This document shows positions 19,772-30,599 of a DNA stretch of 64,000 bases, piece after piece (positions within the stretch are counted from its first letter, which is position 1; the number at the start of each line of letters is the position of its first letter). Source of the stretch: Candidatus Latescibacterota bacterium (GTDB lineage: Bacteria > Latescibacterota > CBDEFO01); assembly GCA_965248755.1 (NCBI GenBank), contig OZ252149.1:1248001-1312000 (forward strand). Direction: 5' to 3'. The position numbers were made by a program, and so were the translations under genes. A model generated the notes under the pieces. That model did not search any database. It had not been told where the DNA came from and saw only the letters and a program-made list of their open reading frames with translations.

Positions 19772-20170
19772 TCATTTTACTTTCTCTTCTATACTTATAA
19801 TCTCCAACTTGTCCAAATCTCCGTCTCGCATAAACCTGTAAGACTGAACCTGCCCATCCACCTCTTTGTTCCAGAGAGTATAAGAAATCCTTACTTTGCA
19901 CAGCCCCATTTTCTTCAAAGCTTCATTTACGTCCCAAAAGATATTTGGAATCTCGTTAATGTTCAACATCTCCTGCACTTCTCCTTTCACCGTAAATCCC
20001 TGAGCCTTCCTTTTCTCCTCTACCATTCTTCTTGGCTTGTAGGTTATCCTTCCCTCATTTGTCTGTAACACAACCCTCCTTATTTTATCCGTTTGACTTC
20101 TATCACTCTCCAGCTCAATCTCACTAATATCTAATTCCCTATTTTCCACATATTCAAATTCATCTACCAA
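19772..20170 (-). CDS. Hypothetical protein
   Basis: TTG start with GGAGG RBS, in an operon. Confidence 0.65.
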   Translation of the reverse strand: MVDEFEYVENRELDISEIELESDRSQTDKIRRVVLQTNEGRITYKPRRMVEEKRKAQGFTVKGEVQEMLNINEIPNIFWDVNEALKKMGLCKVRISYTLWNKEVDGQVQSYRFMRDGDLDKLEIISIEEKVK

Positions 20171-20172
20171 TT

Positions 20173-20616
20173 TTATCCTCCAACTTTAAGATGATCAATG
20201 GCTCTTGGCTCCCCGTCCAGATAAGTAATGATTATAGCTCTTTCATTCCCATCCCTTGCAAAATATGAATACAGAATCTTCCTTTTTTTCAACAGAGCAC
20301 CTTGAGCCACCATCTTATCGATCGTCATCCGGAACGCAACCTTCTTTTGCTGAACGTGAGTCTTCCAGGAATAATCTGCTTCCTTCTCAAAATGTGAATT
20401 AGGCCTTTCGTCCAGATAAGTTACTATGACAGCTCTTTTATCAAAATCTTTTACCAGATAGCAATATAGATGCTGCCACTTCCTTAATCCTGCTGTCCTT
20501 ACTGCCCTGTTATGTATCTTAATCTTCCACGTCACACCTATCATCTCAATAGGTGAGATCCAACCAAAATATCTAAATATGGGCCTTACTATTACCATTT
20601 TATCACCTCTTTTCAC
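20173..20616 (-). CDS. Protein with two copies of an AbrB-like (swapped-hairpin?) domain
   Basis: Internal repeat W...G.L.K...LY(C/S)Y...D...RA.I.TYLD, paralogous to the next gene. Confidence 0.65.
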   Translation of the reverse strand: MKRGDKMVIVRPIFRYFGWISPIEMIGVTWKIKIHNRAVRTAGLRKWQHLYCYLVKDFDKRAVIVTYLDERPNSHFEKEADYSWKTHVQQKKVAFRMTIDKMVAQGALLKKRKILYSYFARDGNERAIIITYLDGEPRAIDHLKVGG

Positions 20617-20828
20617 AGCATCTTTCTTGACTTGCCATCCGGATATATTACAATTAAGGTCCTGCCATCCTTATCTTTGGCAACATAGCAGTACAGGGGC
20701 TGTCCGTGTTTCAGTCCTGCCCCCACAGCTATCAGATTGTTTATAGTAATCTTAAACGAACCTCTTCTTTCTCTAACATGGGTTTTCCATCCAAAGGTTT
20801 CAAAGTTTGGGTCAATTACTTTTGTCAT
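20613..20828 (-). CDS. Single-domain paralogue of the AbrB-like repeat
   Basis: GWKTHV...FKITI...GLKHGQPLYCYVAKDKDGRTLIVIYPDG. Confidence 0.65.
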   Translation of the reverse strand: MTKVIDPNFETFGWKTHVRERRGSFKITINNLIAVGAGLKHGQPLYCYVAKDKDGRTLIVIYPDGKSRKML

Positions 20829-21208
20829 TTTATCACTCCTGCGTTGTATAAACTAAGAGAAAGATAATCAATAGCTTCAAAAGGCTTTCCATAGAAGTTC
20901 GATTTACAATTCCCCTGAAATTTAGGATATAAGAGCATTTTAGTACTTTTCAGATTCTTGTTCTTCAATCTCCTTGGTCATATCGTTTAATATCTTCATC
21001 CACTCCGGAAGGTGGCTGAATATCTCCTTCTCTTTTTCTGATGCCATAAAAGGAGGTGAGAGCCAGAAGTATATAACAACTTTCCACGTAGTTGGGTATG
21101 AATTGGGGCGTGAAATGGGGAGGGACAAAGAAACGATGGGTTCTTTACAAAAAGCCGGCAGGGTCAAAAGGTCAAAAACAGTAAGACTCAGAAAATGTGA
21201 ATACTAGA

Positions 21209-22420
21209 TTACACCCTTAGTCTCATTTCCCTGATCTTGTTGACAAGAATCCTCTGAACTTCAGGATCTTTCACAAGTGCGTTCATCAGTTCATCAGAAG
21301 CCTTCCGTTGCTCGTCTAAGCTCAACACAGTCTTTAGATCTATCGCCATACCACATCTATAGCAGAATTTCACTTTGGGCTGATTCAAAGCCTCACATCT
21401 GGCACATATTTTCGGCTTTCTCTTTTCCAGTTCATCTTCCTTCTTCGTGCTTATCCCATAGCTCTGCATCATCTTCTCTTTCACATCTTCATTAGCCAAA
21501 GATACGTAGTAAGAATACATATTGCTGTTGTCTGCCCAGCCAAAGAACTTGTTGGCCATAATAGTGTTCCAGTTATTCAGCACACACCATAAAGCCCGAG
21601 AATGTCTGTACAGATGCGGGTTCCAGGATTTCCTTATTCCAGCTTTTTTGAAAGACCTCTCAAATATTTTGTAGAATGTCCGGTATCTTAACGGCTTATA
21701 TTTGTGTATCCTATCCTGTCCCATGGTCACCCACAGGGGAGTCTTTGGATCGTCCTTGAAGGGGTGAAGCTTGAGCCATGTCAACAGATGTGGTGTGCTC
21801 TCAATAACAAAAACTGTCCTGCTTCCTGTCTTGCCTTTAAGATCCACAAGTGTTCCACCATCTTCAAAATGTACGCTGCCAATCGTCATAGAACCTATCT
21901 CTCCTATCCTTGCACCAGTATCCCATATCAAGGATATCAATGCCTTGTCCCTTGCATTCTCACATTCCTCCACAACCTTATGCGCTTCCTCTTCTGTTAG
22001 AAGCTCACTTCTTTTGAGTTTTGGCTTATCCTTTGACTTCATCGTTATTGGTATCCACTCAACATCAACTTTTGTGTAACCTTTCCCTATGAGCCACCTG
22101 TAGAATTTCTTCAACGCCTTGTTGTAATCCTGCTTTGTCCAGGCAGAATAAAAACCATTGTTTTGAATCGACTTCACAAACTTCTTCAGATCATTTTCAT
22201 CTGCTGATGGAAACCCCTTTTTCAATTTCATTGCAATATTCTTCACCATAGAAATTGTCTTTACAATTCTTGCTTTTCCCATTCCACTGCATTCCAGGTC
22301 ATCTATGAACTCTAAAATCAGTTCCTTACTTCTATTAGATATTTCTGCTTCAAGTAAATGTTTTCTGGCTGTCTGTTCTTTTTGTGCAAAGTTATGGATA
22401 TCTATAATTGTTTGCTTCAT
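21209..22420 (-). CDS. Tyrosine recombinase/integrase, archaeal-style, with a C-terminal zinc ribbon
   Basis: TGARIGE, KGKTG, PHLYRHSRA, FFGW...MYSYY catalytic motifs. CARC...FCYRCG tail. Confidence 0.92.
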   Translation of the reverse strand: MKQTIIDIHNFAQKEQTARKHLLEAEISNRSKELILEFIDDLECSGMGKARIVKTISMVKNIAMKLKKGFPSADENDLKKFVKSIQNNGFYSAWTKQDYNKALKKFYRWLIGKGYTKVDVEWIPITMKSKDKPKLKRSELLTEEEAHKVVEECENARDKALISLIWDTGARIGEIGSMTIGSVHFEDGGTLVDLKGKTGSRTVFVIESTPHLLTWLKLHPFKDDPKTPLWVTMGQDRIHKYKPLRYRTFYKIFERSFKKAGIRKSWNPHLYRHSRALWCVLNNWNTIMANKFFGWADNSNMYSYYVSLANEDVKEKMMQSYGISTKKEDELEKRKPKICARCEALNQPKVKFCYRCGMAIDLKTVLSLDEQRKASDELMNALVKDPEVQRILVNKIREMRLRV

Positions 22421-22692
22421 ACAATTGGGAAAGTATAGCTTCTATTTAAAAGTTCCCCCTAAGTTACCCTTGAAGACAAAGAGCCACCGGAGGGCTACTG
22501 GCTTGAAGGGTAATAAAAGAGAATGAAGTTTACTCCTGTTTTAAAGGTTGTGATTCCAGGTATTTAATTCTTTCGATTTCAACTGGTCCGATGCACTGAG
22601 ATCCAGAGTAGTTTCAAGGTTTTGGAAAAAACAGGCGAAACTTTGCACCTTCATTATTATCCATCCAAATGCGCAAGACATGTTCCATCCCA

Positions 22693-24050
22693 TCACAGAT
22701 CAATCCGTTTTAAACAGACCACTTTTACTTTATCCACGATTTTCCCTTTTAAGCTTTTTTCTATATCCTCTTTAAGTCTTTTGGATACGGCAACAGATAT
22801 TACCTGTTCAAATCCAGCCTTTACACATTTTACGATATTAGAGACAGCATCAGATTTCCCGGTCTCAATCTCAATCGCTATTTTCCTTCCATCCTTGACA
22901 GCAACAACATCAACCTTCTTCCCAGCCCCAACAGAATATTCAGGATAAACTTTATAACCCTTTGCAATGTAATGCTCCATCACTTTCCTCTGCCAGAACT
23001 TATGCTCTGCCCCACCACTTCTGTTAGATGCTCTATACCCAAGCTTTTTAAGATACTCTCTCCCAAGGGCCGTGAGGTCAAACAGCTTCACCTTCCCTCT
23101 TTTAACTCTTACATACACAGGCTTGATGAATCCCCTCTCCTCCAAATCTTTTAAACACTGATTGCCAGCCCTTGGATTTACCTCTAACCTTTTATATCTC
23201 TCAATAACATAGGATTCTGGATGCTTGAAAATATCTGTCAAAAATACCTTCTCTCTCCTGCTAAGTTTATCTCTATGCCAAATCCCTGTATTTCCAGCAG
23301 CTCCAGCTGTCTTAAGACTGAAATCTGTGAAATCACTTAATGAAGATGGAACCTTCCCATCTCCCATCTTACATTCAGGAAATCTAACCAAGAAAGGCTT
23401 CAAAAATCTATCCTGAAGCTTTATGATACCCCATCCTACAGGAAGTCTGCCTATGTAATCCCTCTCCTTATCCAAGAGCATAGCATTTGCCATTGTCCTA
23501 ACATCTTCCTCAGTCTTCAAATTCATACATATAGTTGCATAGTTTGCTATAGCCGGCAGTGTCATCAAATGTGGATGCTGATCTGCTATAATACAGCCAA
23601 CTCCCAACTCCCTTATCTGTCGTAAGACTAATTCAGTTACACTTTCATAACCTATTTTATGTTTTAGAAGGAGATTATGTGCTTCTTCCAAAACGATAGA
23701 GAACCTCAAATCTTTAGAACTTCCTAATTTTAAAAAATGTCTGTAGATCCTTAAAAGTAAAGTCTGAACAAAAAAGCTTTTATCCTGTTGACTCCCTACA
23801 CTTCCGATTTCCAATACAACCTGCTTCTCTGTAAGTTTCTCAATCTCAATTGTCCTATCAGAATTCAGAACCTCGCCTGTTGATCCTGTAGTTACTTTGT
23901 ATAAAACATTTAAAGCAGATGCCTTCCAGTCCCTTTCCCTTGAAAAAGGTTGGTAATTTAAAATCCAGTTATAGATTGATTTGAAATTTATATTTTTATT
24001 CGAAGCTATCAGTTCATCCACTGCCTTTAACAACAGATACTCAGCCGCAT
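22693..24050 (-). pseudogene. HerA/DUF87-like ATPase fused to wHTH and a PD-(D/E)xK nuclease domain, 5'-truncated
   Basis: IVLEEAHNL, RQIRELGV, DQHP and VDVVAVKDGRKIAIEIETGKS. No Walker A present, so the N-terminus is lost at ~24055. Confidence 0.75.
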
Positions 24051-24086
24051 TTGCTAACTAGCAAGTAATAGGGTTTCATGGCATCC

Positions 24087-24113
24087 CTGGATTCCCGTTT
24101 CCACGGGAATGAC
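24087..24113. repeat. REP-like palindrome
   Basis: CTGGATTCCCGTTTCCACGGGAATGAC hairpin at the island/host junction. Confidence 0.6.
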
Positions 24114-24239
24114 ATTAATTCATGAAATTGTTGCGCTTCCTGAAATTGAGGGGACTTCTTTCTCATCTCCTCAAACATCTCCAGGTTTTCCACATCTTCT
24201 ATCCGCTCTAACATCTCTCTGTGCTCACGTATATGACAC

Positions 24240-24728
24240 TTAAAATATGACAGCCCCCTGCCTGGGGACCGGTGTTATAAGCTGACCGCAGGCGGCGGAG
24301 ATATCTCTGAGCCGATCTATGCCGGGCACAAATCCTGCCGTGGAGACGGTTATCTTGCGAGCGCCGATCCCGAGTCCCATCTCCAGACCCATGAGCCTTA
24401 TGGCCCTGACCACGTTTTTGTAGTTCAGGAGCGGCTCTCCCATACCCATCATCACCACGTTGGTGATGCCGTCGTCTATCTGCTTATGATGTCTCCTGAC
24501 GGATATGAGCTGATCTATAATCTCTGCGGCAGAGAGGTTCCGTATCAGCCCCATCCTTGCGGTCGAACAGAAGGTGCATCCCAGAGCACACCCGACCTGA
24601 GAGGATACGCAGACCGTCCTGCGTTTCCCTTCGACGTCCTCAAGTGCATATCGAAGGACTTTCACGTTAGGATGGTCTAGACCGAGGACCTTCTTACTGA
24701 TTGTCAGTGCCCGCTTGAAGAGAGGCTG
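24240..24728 (-). pseudogene. rlmN: Internally deleted rlmN fragment fused in frame to a kinesin-light-chain-type TPR remnant
   Basis: [23 protein letters not shown] and DISAACGQL, with the region between GIDRL and DISAACGQL missing. Upstream [21 protein letters not shown]. Confidence 0.8.
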
Positions 24729-24741
24729 GATCTCACACCCC

Positions 24742-25301
24742 TTACCTCCCAGCAGTCCCTCTGGGCACGTTGAGGTCTAGACCAAGCTGTTTTGCCACCA
24801 AAAGTTGCATGGCCGAATTGAAATTTAGAGTGGATTGATCGGTGCCACTAGCACCGCCAGAACCACCCATAACCAGCTGCGGAACCTGACGTTTTGCATA
24901 AGCATCAGCCCAAAACTTCATCACCTTTTCGTAAGTCTCAAGCTTTATCTTTAAGGAGCCGTCTGCCTTCATTATCAGCCTTTTGCGTTCGGCTTCGCCC
25001 TGGCCCAGCAGGATTTCGCGCTGCTTTTGGAGTTCTGCGGCCTGCCGCTGCAGCTTGGCTACCTCAAGCTCCTGTTGGGCTCGCAATTCGGCGACCTCTT
25101 TTTCCTGCAGGGCTTCAACCACAGCACGAATCTTCTCCTCCTCCTTTTCGTACTGGGCTTTAATGACATTGGCTTTACCTACGGCCTCTTTAGTCAGCTT
25201 TTCCTGCTCGGCCTGCTGCGCTTTGGCCCGAGCAGTAGCCACCGCCATTAATGCTTCCTGTTGAGCAGAAATCTGAGCTGAGACCTTTTTCTCGTACTTA
25301 T
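24742..25301 (-). pseudogene. C-terminal coiled-coil part of an SPFH/flotillin-like protein, truncated by IS1380
   Basis: AEA-rich coiled coil and GQGEAERKRL..ADG motif. The 5' end abuts the IS terminal repeat. Confidence 0.65.
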
Positions 25302-26927
25302 CCGACATTCCCCATATCACATTCATGAGGGATTATATTTCGATACATTCTTGTTTCTGAATTAATATTACCACTTTTACATTTTTCAACAAGTACTTTT
25401 TTCAATTAAAATAGTATTTTCCTCTGAATTATCACTTTCTTTGTGTTTAAATCCTCCAATTAGAGACACCTCTCCATCGACTCACAAAAAAATGTGGCAG
25501 TTTAAACAGAATAACATCGCAATCGTTCAATCCGGGATAATATTTCGGCAAATAACCTCTTGTCTATCCCAACCTCAGCCATTTGAAACGTAATATATCC
25601 GCTGTGTCTGACAATCTTCGCTCCGATTTTGATAAATTTCACGAGGAGGCTGCGTAGTGACCAGTGTTTGATTTTCTTCGGAAGAACAAAACGTCGCAGG
25701 AAGTTGCCCAAGTTGTAAGCCAGAACAAACAGCCAGAGCCTCACCTGATTGGAGACGAAACGCTTGCATGAGAGTCGGGTCCAGTTCAGAGCATACTTGC
25801 CCTCCTTAATCCACTGCTCAGCTCTGCCACGGCCATTGTAGAAGTGTACCACGCCTTCTGGCTTGGCGCTCATGTTGGTCACGATAAATCCCACTCTTGG
25901 GAATAACTCCCCTTGGTGCCATTCAACCTTGGCGACCACTCGCCTCGATTGATCCCAACTGGCCGCTTTATATTGAAATTCATATAACGATACAATCGGT
26001 TTCCTCGGCGGTCGTCCAACTGGCCGAGTCAGCAGGTATCGTATCTTTTCATAGAGTATCTCATTTGCGGGAAGCCGAATGGCATACAAATAGCCGTTTC
26101 CCTCCAGATAATCATAAATCTCAGGCTTTGCGAATGCAGCATCGCCTCGAAAGTATTTCCTATTCTTCTTGCTCTCGTATCTCTTGACGATCGGTTCCAG
26201 AACTTCCTTCCAACGATCAGCACTGTGAACATTACCAGAGCGAAGTAGGACTCCTTCACAATCCCCGAACTGATTGAAGCAGAACACTGGATGAAAACAG
26301 GTACATCCGAAATGACCGTTGTAAGCTGATCCTTCCTGCTGGCCATGTACCGGACTCTCCGAACTGTCCATGTCCAGAATGATTCGTTGATGCTGTGTTT
26401 TACTCATCGCTTTTTGAACCCACTTGCCATTGATATCTGACAAGTTTCTGAGATTGTCATGCTGAGTCAGTATATCAGTTTCAAAACGTCCTATCGTGTT
26501 GGAGCTGGCAGCTTGCCTGCCTTTGTCCTTCTTTCCGGTAATCGCTCGCATGACGGGATCAACGGATAATCGCTCGGCGTCATTTACATCTTCATATCCT
26601 GCAAGACGGCTGTATATCGATTGACGCAGGAGAGTAGATATATCATGTTGGATATTACGGCCTGTGCGTTTATCGGTAAAAACCGCTGATACCGAATCAA
26701 ATAATCCCAGTGCGTAATCAAGGTCACGATACGCAAGAAGTCCACCGTTTGATGTCACCTTTGCACCATGAAATTCAAGCTTTATTCCTCCATCAAAACC
26801 TACTTTCATTCTTTCACCCTCTGGATGATCAATATTTATCCGCCATTTATGAGTCTTATTTATTGTAATATAACATGTTCTGGCGACTTTGACAACCATT
26901 TTTCGGGTCTAATATGGCGAATGGGGG
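25302..26927 (-). mobile_element. IS1380-family insertion sequence
   Basis: Terminal IRs CCGACATTCCCCATAT and CCCCCATTCGCCATAT (13/16) enclose the transposase. No clear TSD. Confidence 0.85.
25502..26809 (-). CDS. IS1380-family DDE transposase
   Basis: FHGAKVTSNGGLL, ILDMDSS, RGDAAF, FYNGRGRAEQWIKEGK. Confidence 0.92.
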   Translation of the reverse strand: MKVGFDGGIKLEFHGAKVTSNGGLLAYRDLDYALGLFDSVSAVFTDKRTGRNIQHDISTLLRQSIYSRLAGYEDVNDAERLSVDPVMRAITGKKDKGRQAASSNTIGRFETDILTQHDNLRNLSDINGKWVQKAMSKTQHQRIILDMDSSESPVHGQQEGSAYNGHFGCTCFHPVFCFNQFGDCEGVLLRSGNVHSADRWKEVLEPIVKRYESKKNRKYFRGDAAFAKPEIYDYLEGNGYLYAIRLPANEILYEKIRYLLTRPVGRPPRKPIVSLYEFQYKAASWDQSRRVVAKVEWHQGELFPRVGFIVTNMSAKPEGVVHFYNGRGRAEQWIKEGKYALNWTRLSCKRFVSNQVRLWLFVLAYNLGNFLRRFVLPKKIKHWSLRSLLVKFIKIGAKIVRHSGYITFQMAEVGIDKRLFAEILSRIERLRCYSV

Positions 26928-27090
26928 TTAAATGCACTTAATAAGGATCTCCTTAACCCGTTTAAAGTGCTGGGAACACTGCAAAGCCATGTCCCCGAGC
27001 GCTTTTTGCAGGAGCAATATGCGGAACAGAATCCGCGTTCTTTTGGCAAACGGGAAGTGATTTTATCCATGTATTTAACAGGGAAGTAAA

Positions 27091-30000
27091 ATGGACAAGC
27101 AACAAGCAAAAAACATCATTCAAGAAACGTTTGAAAAACCTTTCGATAAAGAGAGGTTTATCGGTTTCGTCAAGAATCTTCTCAATCAGATTGAAGATGC
27201 CACTTTTACATATCAGGGCAACTATATCCGGGATGCTTATTAACCTTACATTTCATCCCTGGAACGTATTGGCAAATACTCAGATGGCGAGCATGAAATT
27301 GACATCCTGATTGTCCAATTAAAGAAGTAAACTTCGCTTGAACGCGCCCGCACCATGCAGCGCAATTTCATCGCACGGTACTTGGACGGCAGCCGAGGCG
27401 GAGAACTGAAAGATGCTGCTTTGGTTGCCTTTGTTTCTCCCGGCGAAGCGGACTGGCGATTTTCGCTCGTTAAGATGGACTATCGTTTTGAAGAGAGCAA
27501 AACCGGCAAAATAAAAGTCAAAGAGGAGTTTACTCCTGCAAGACGCTGGTCTTTTCTGGTTGGCAGTAACGAAGCCAGCCACACTGCCCAGAGCCGGATT
27601 GTCCATATCCTTGCTGGCGATGAGCACAACCCTACCCTTAGCCAACTCGAAGAAACTTTTAACATTGAAACTGTTACGAGAGAGTTTTTTGAAAAATACC
27701 GTGAACTGTTTATTCGTGCCAAAGAGGCGTTGGATAAGGTTGTTGAGAAGGACAGCAAAGTAAAAGCCGATTTCGAATCAAAGGGCGTGGATACGGTTAA
27801 CTTTGCCAAGAAACTTCTGGGACAACTGGTGTTTCTGTATTTTCTGCAGAAGAAAGGCTGGTTCGGAGTCAAACGAAATGAAAAGTGGGGCTCGGGGTCA
27901 AAACACTTTTTACGTGAGCTCTTTGAGAAAAAACATGGCGACTACGGAAATTTCTATGACGATATTTTAGAAACACTTTTTTACGCAGCATTGCGAAACG
28001 ACCGTTCACACGATGACCACTATTTCAGTCAATTCAGATGCAAGATACCGTTTCTGAACGGTGGTCTTTTCGATCCGATGAATGATTATGACTGGGTTGA
28101 GACGGATATTCTTCTTCCAGATGAACTTTTCTCAAATAAGATCAAAACAAAAGAAAGCGATATTGGTACTGGCATTTTAGACATCTTTGACCGATACAAC
28201 TTCACTGTCAAAGAAAATGAGCCACTGGAAAAAGAAGTAGCTATCGACCCGGAGCTGCTGGGTAAAGCCTACGAGAAATTCAACGCTATTCGGCCTGATA
28301 ATTACGATGAATACAGGGCGGCGTTAAAGAGTGGGCAAAAGGGTGCAGAAAACAAATTCAACAAGAAATTTGGGGTTTACTATACCCCCCGGGAAATCGT
28401 GCACTATATGTGTCAGCAAAGTCTAATCAACTACCTGCACACAGATTTGAACAAGGGAACCACTTCATACCAAAGAATCGGTGAGTCTCAAACGAACGCT
28501 TTTGGCAACGAAACGAAAACAGGTCAATTAGATTTGACCAGTGAAAACCGAACTGAGCCAGAAATAGGTAAAGAAGACATCGAAACCCTGATCAAATCCG
28601 GTGAGCAGGTTGGCGAAAACGAAGTAACTGTGCTTGTCAAAGAAAAGAACATTGCAGAAGGGAAACAGCAAACCACAACACTCAGCTCAAATCTGCCAGA
28701 AAGCATCCGCCAGAATGCTCGGAGGATAGACGATGCGCTTGCCAATATTACCGTCTGCGACCCGGCCGTTGGCAGCGGAGCCTTTCCGGTGGGCATGATG
28801 CACGAGATTGTCAAAACGCGGAATGTGCTCTCTACTTTTGTCGAAGACCGAAACCACACCATTTACAGTTTCAAACGCGAATGCATTGAAAAATCGCTCT
28901 ACGGCGTGGATATTGACGCGGGCGCGGTCGAGATTGCCAAACTGCGACTCTGGCTCTCACTGGTGGTGGATGAGGATGACATCAAAAACATCAAGCCCTT
29001 GCCGAATTTGGATTACAAGATTGTCTGTGGAAACTCGCTTCTGGCTTACCCATATAAACCTACATGGACTCAGGAAGTGGAATCACTCAAGAAAAGATTC
29101 CTACTAGCCACTAGTCCCAAAGTAAAACAAGAGCTCAAGAATCAAATAGATTCTAAACTCAAAGGGTTTCTTGAGAACTCCAAAGAGTCCTTAGGTTATA
29201 GGGTAGACTTTGACTTTGAGATTTTCTTCTCGGAAGTTTTCTATGAAAAGGGTGGGTTTTATGTGGTGATTGCGAATCCGCCGTATGTGCAGATTCAGAA
29301 ATTACACGCTGATGCAAAAGACCAGCTCGCAAAACAGGGCTATTTGACCTTTGCGAAAACCGCTGATCTCTACTGCCTTTTCTACGAACGCGGGATTGCA
29401 GTTCTGCACTCGGGTGGTGTGCTGGTATTTATCTCCTCCAACAAATTTTTCCGGGCAGGCTACGGCGCTCCATTGCGGCAACTTCTGAACGAAAACAATG
29501 ACCTACTTGAAGTCATAGATTTCGGCGAACTGCCTGTCTTTGATGCCGGAACCGACCCCTGCATCATTCTGGTTGTAAAACGCCAGCCGCAGACAAAAAG
29601 CATAACAGCTGCCATTGTGAAGGATGTTTCCGGCATCCAGAATGTACGTCTGACTATGGAGCACATTGCATTTGAACTGGATCGAGGCAGCCTCAACAGC
29701 AACGGTTGGACACTCGAACATTCAAGTGTCATAAAGTTACTCGAAAAGATCCGCTCCGCTGGAAAGCCACTCGGCGAATATGTAAACGGGCGGTTTTATC
29801 GTGGGTTTTTGACTGGCTTCAATGAGGCCTTTGTCATCGACCGCGCCACCCGCGACAGGTTGATTGGTGAAGACCAGAAATCGGCTGAACTCATCAGGCC
29901 CTGGCTGCGCGGCAAGGATATTCGCCGCTGGTATGCCGATGATTGCGATTTGTTCGTGATCAATATACTCAGTAGTGCAAATACACAATGGCCATGGTCT

Positions 30001-30579
30001 GGTAGAAAGATTGATCATGCTAAGGCCGTTTTCAAAAAAGAATATCCCGCTGTTTTCAATCACCTAAAGCCACATAAGACAAAACTCATAAATCGGGATG
30101 ATCAGGGACAGTACTATTGGGAACTTCGATCCTGCGCGTACTACGAAGAATTTGAACGCACCAAGATTGTATATAACGAAACATCAAAAGAGCTTCATGC
30201 CCTGTTAGATGGCAACGGGTTACATATCAACAAGACAGGCTTCATCATTTTGTCCGAAGATGCCAAATTTCTGCTTGGAATTATAAATTCGCGGTTGATG
30301 GACTACCTCTATCGGTGCGAGTTTCCATCCTGGGGTGATCCGTGGCAGGGTGGTAGAATACAGTTTCGTGGCGACAGAATGGGGAAAATCCCCGTAGCTA
30401 TGGCCACCCCAAAACAGCAAATGGAAATCGAAACGCTTGTGGATAGAATTCTGGAACTGAAAAGAAAAACAATCGAAGCAGATGTCACCACCCTTGAAGC
30501 GGAGATTGACCAGATGGTCTATCAACTCTACGGTCTGACCAAGGAGGAGATGCGGATTGTGAAGGGAGAGAAGAAGTAA
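27091..30579 (+). pseudogene. Type IIG (Eco57I-like) fused restriction-modification enzyme with two in-frame TAA stops in the N-terminal region. The MTase/TRD part, 27355-30579, is open.
   Basis: ATG 27091 is in frame with 27355, with TAA at 27241 and 27328. Motif I DPAVGSGAF, motif IV NPPY, TaqI-C-like TRD. Confidence 0.85.
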
Positions 30580-30599
30580 ACTCACAAAAAGGGAATAAA

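Noticed and set aside
27241..27330. Stop-codon reassignment or readthrough in the RM gene
   Set aside because: TAA is used as a normal terminator by many genes in the window. Nonsense mutations are the simpler explanation.
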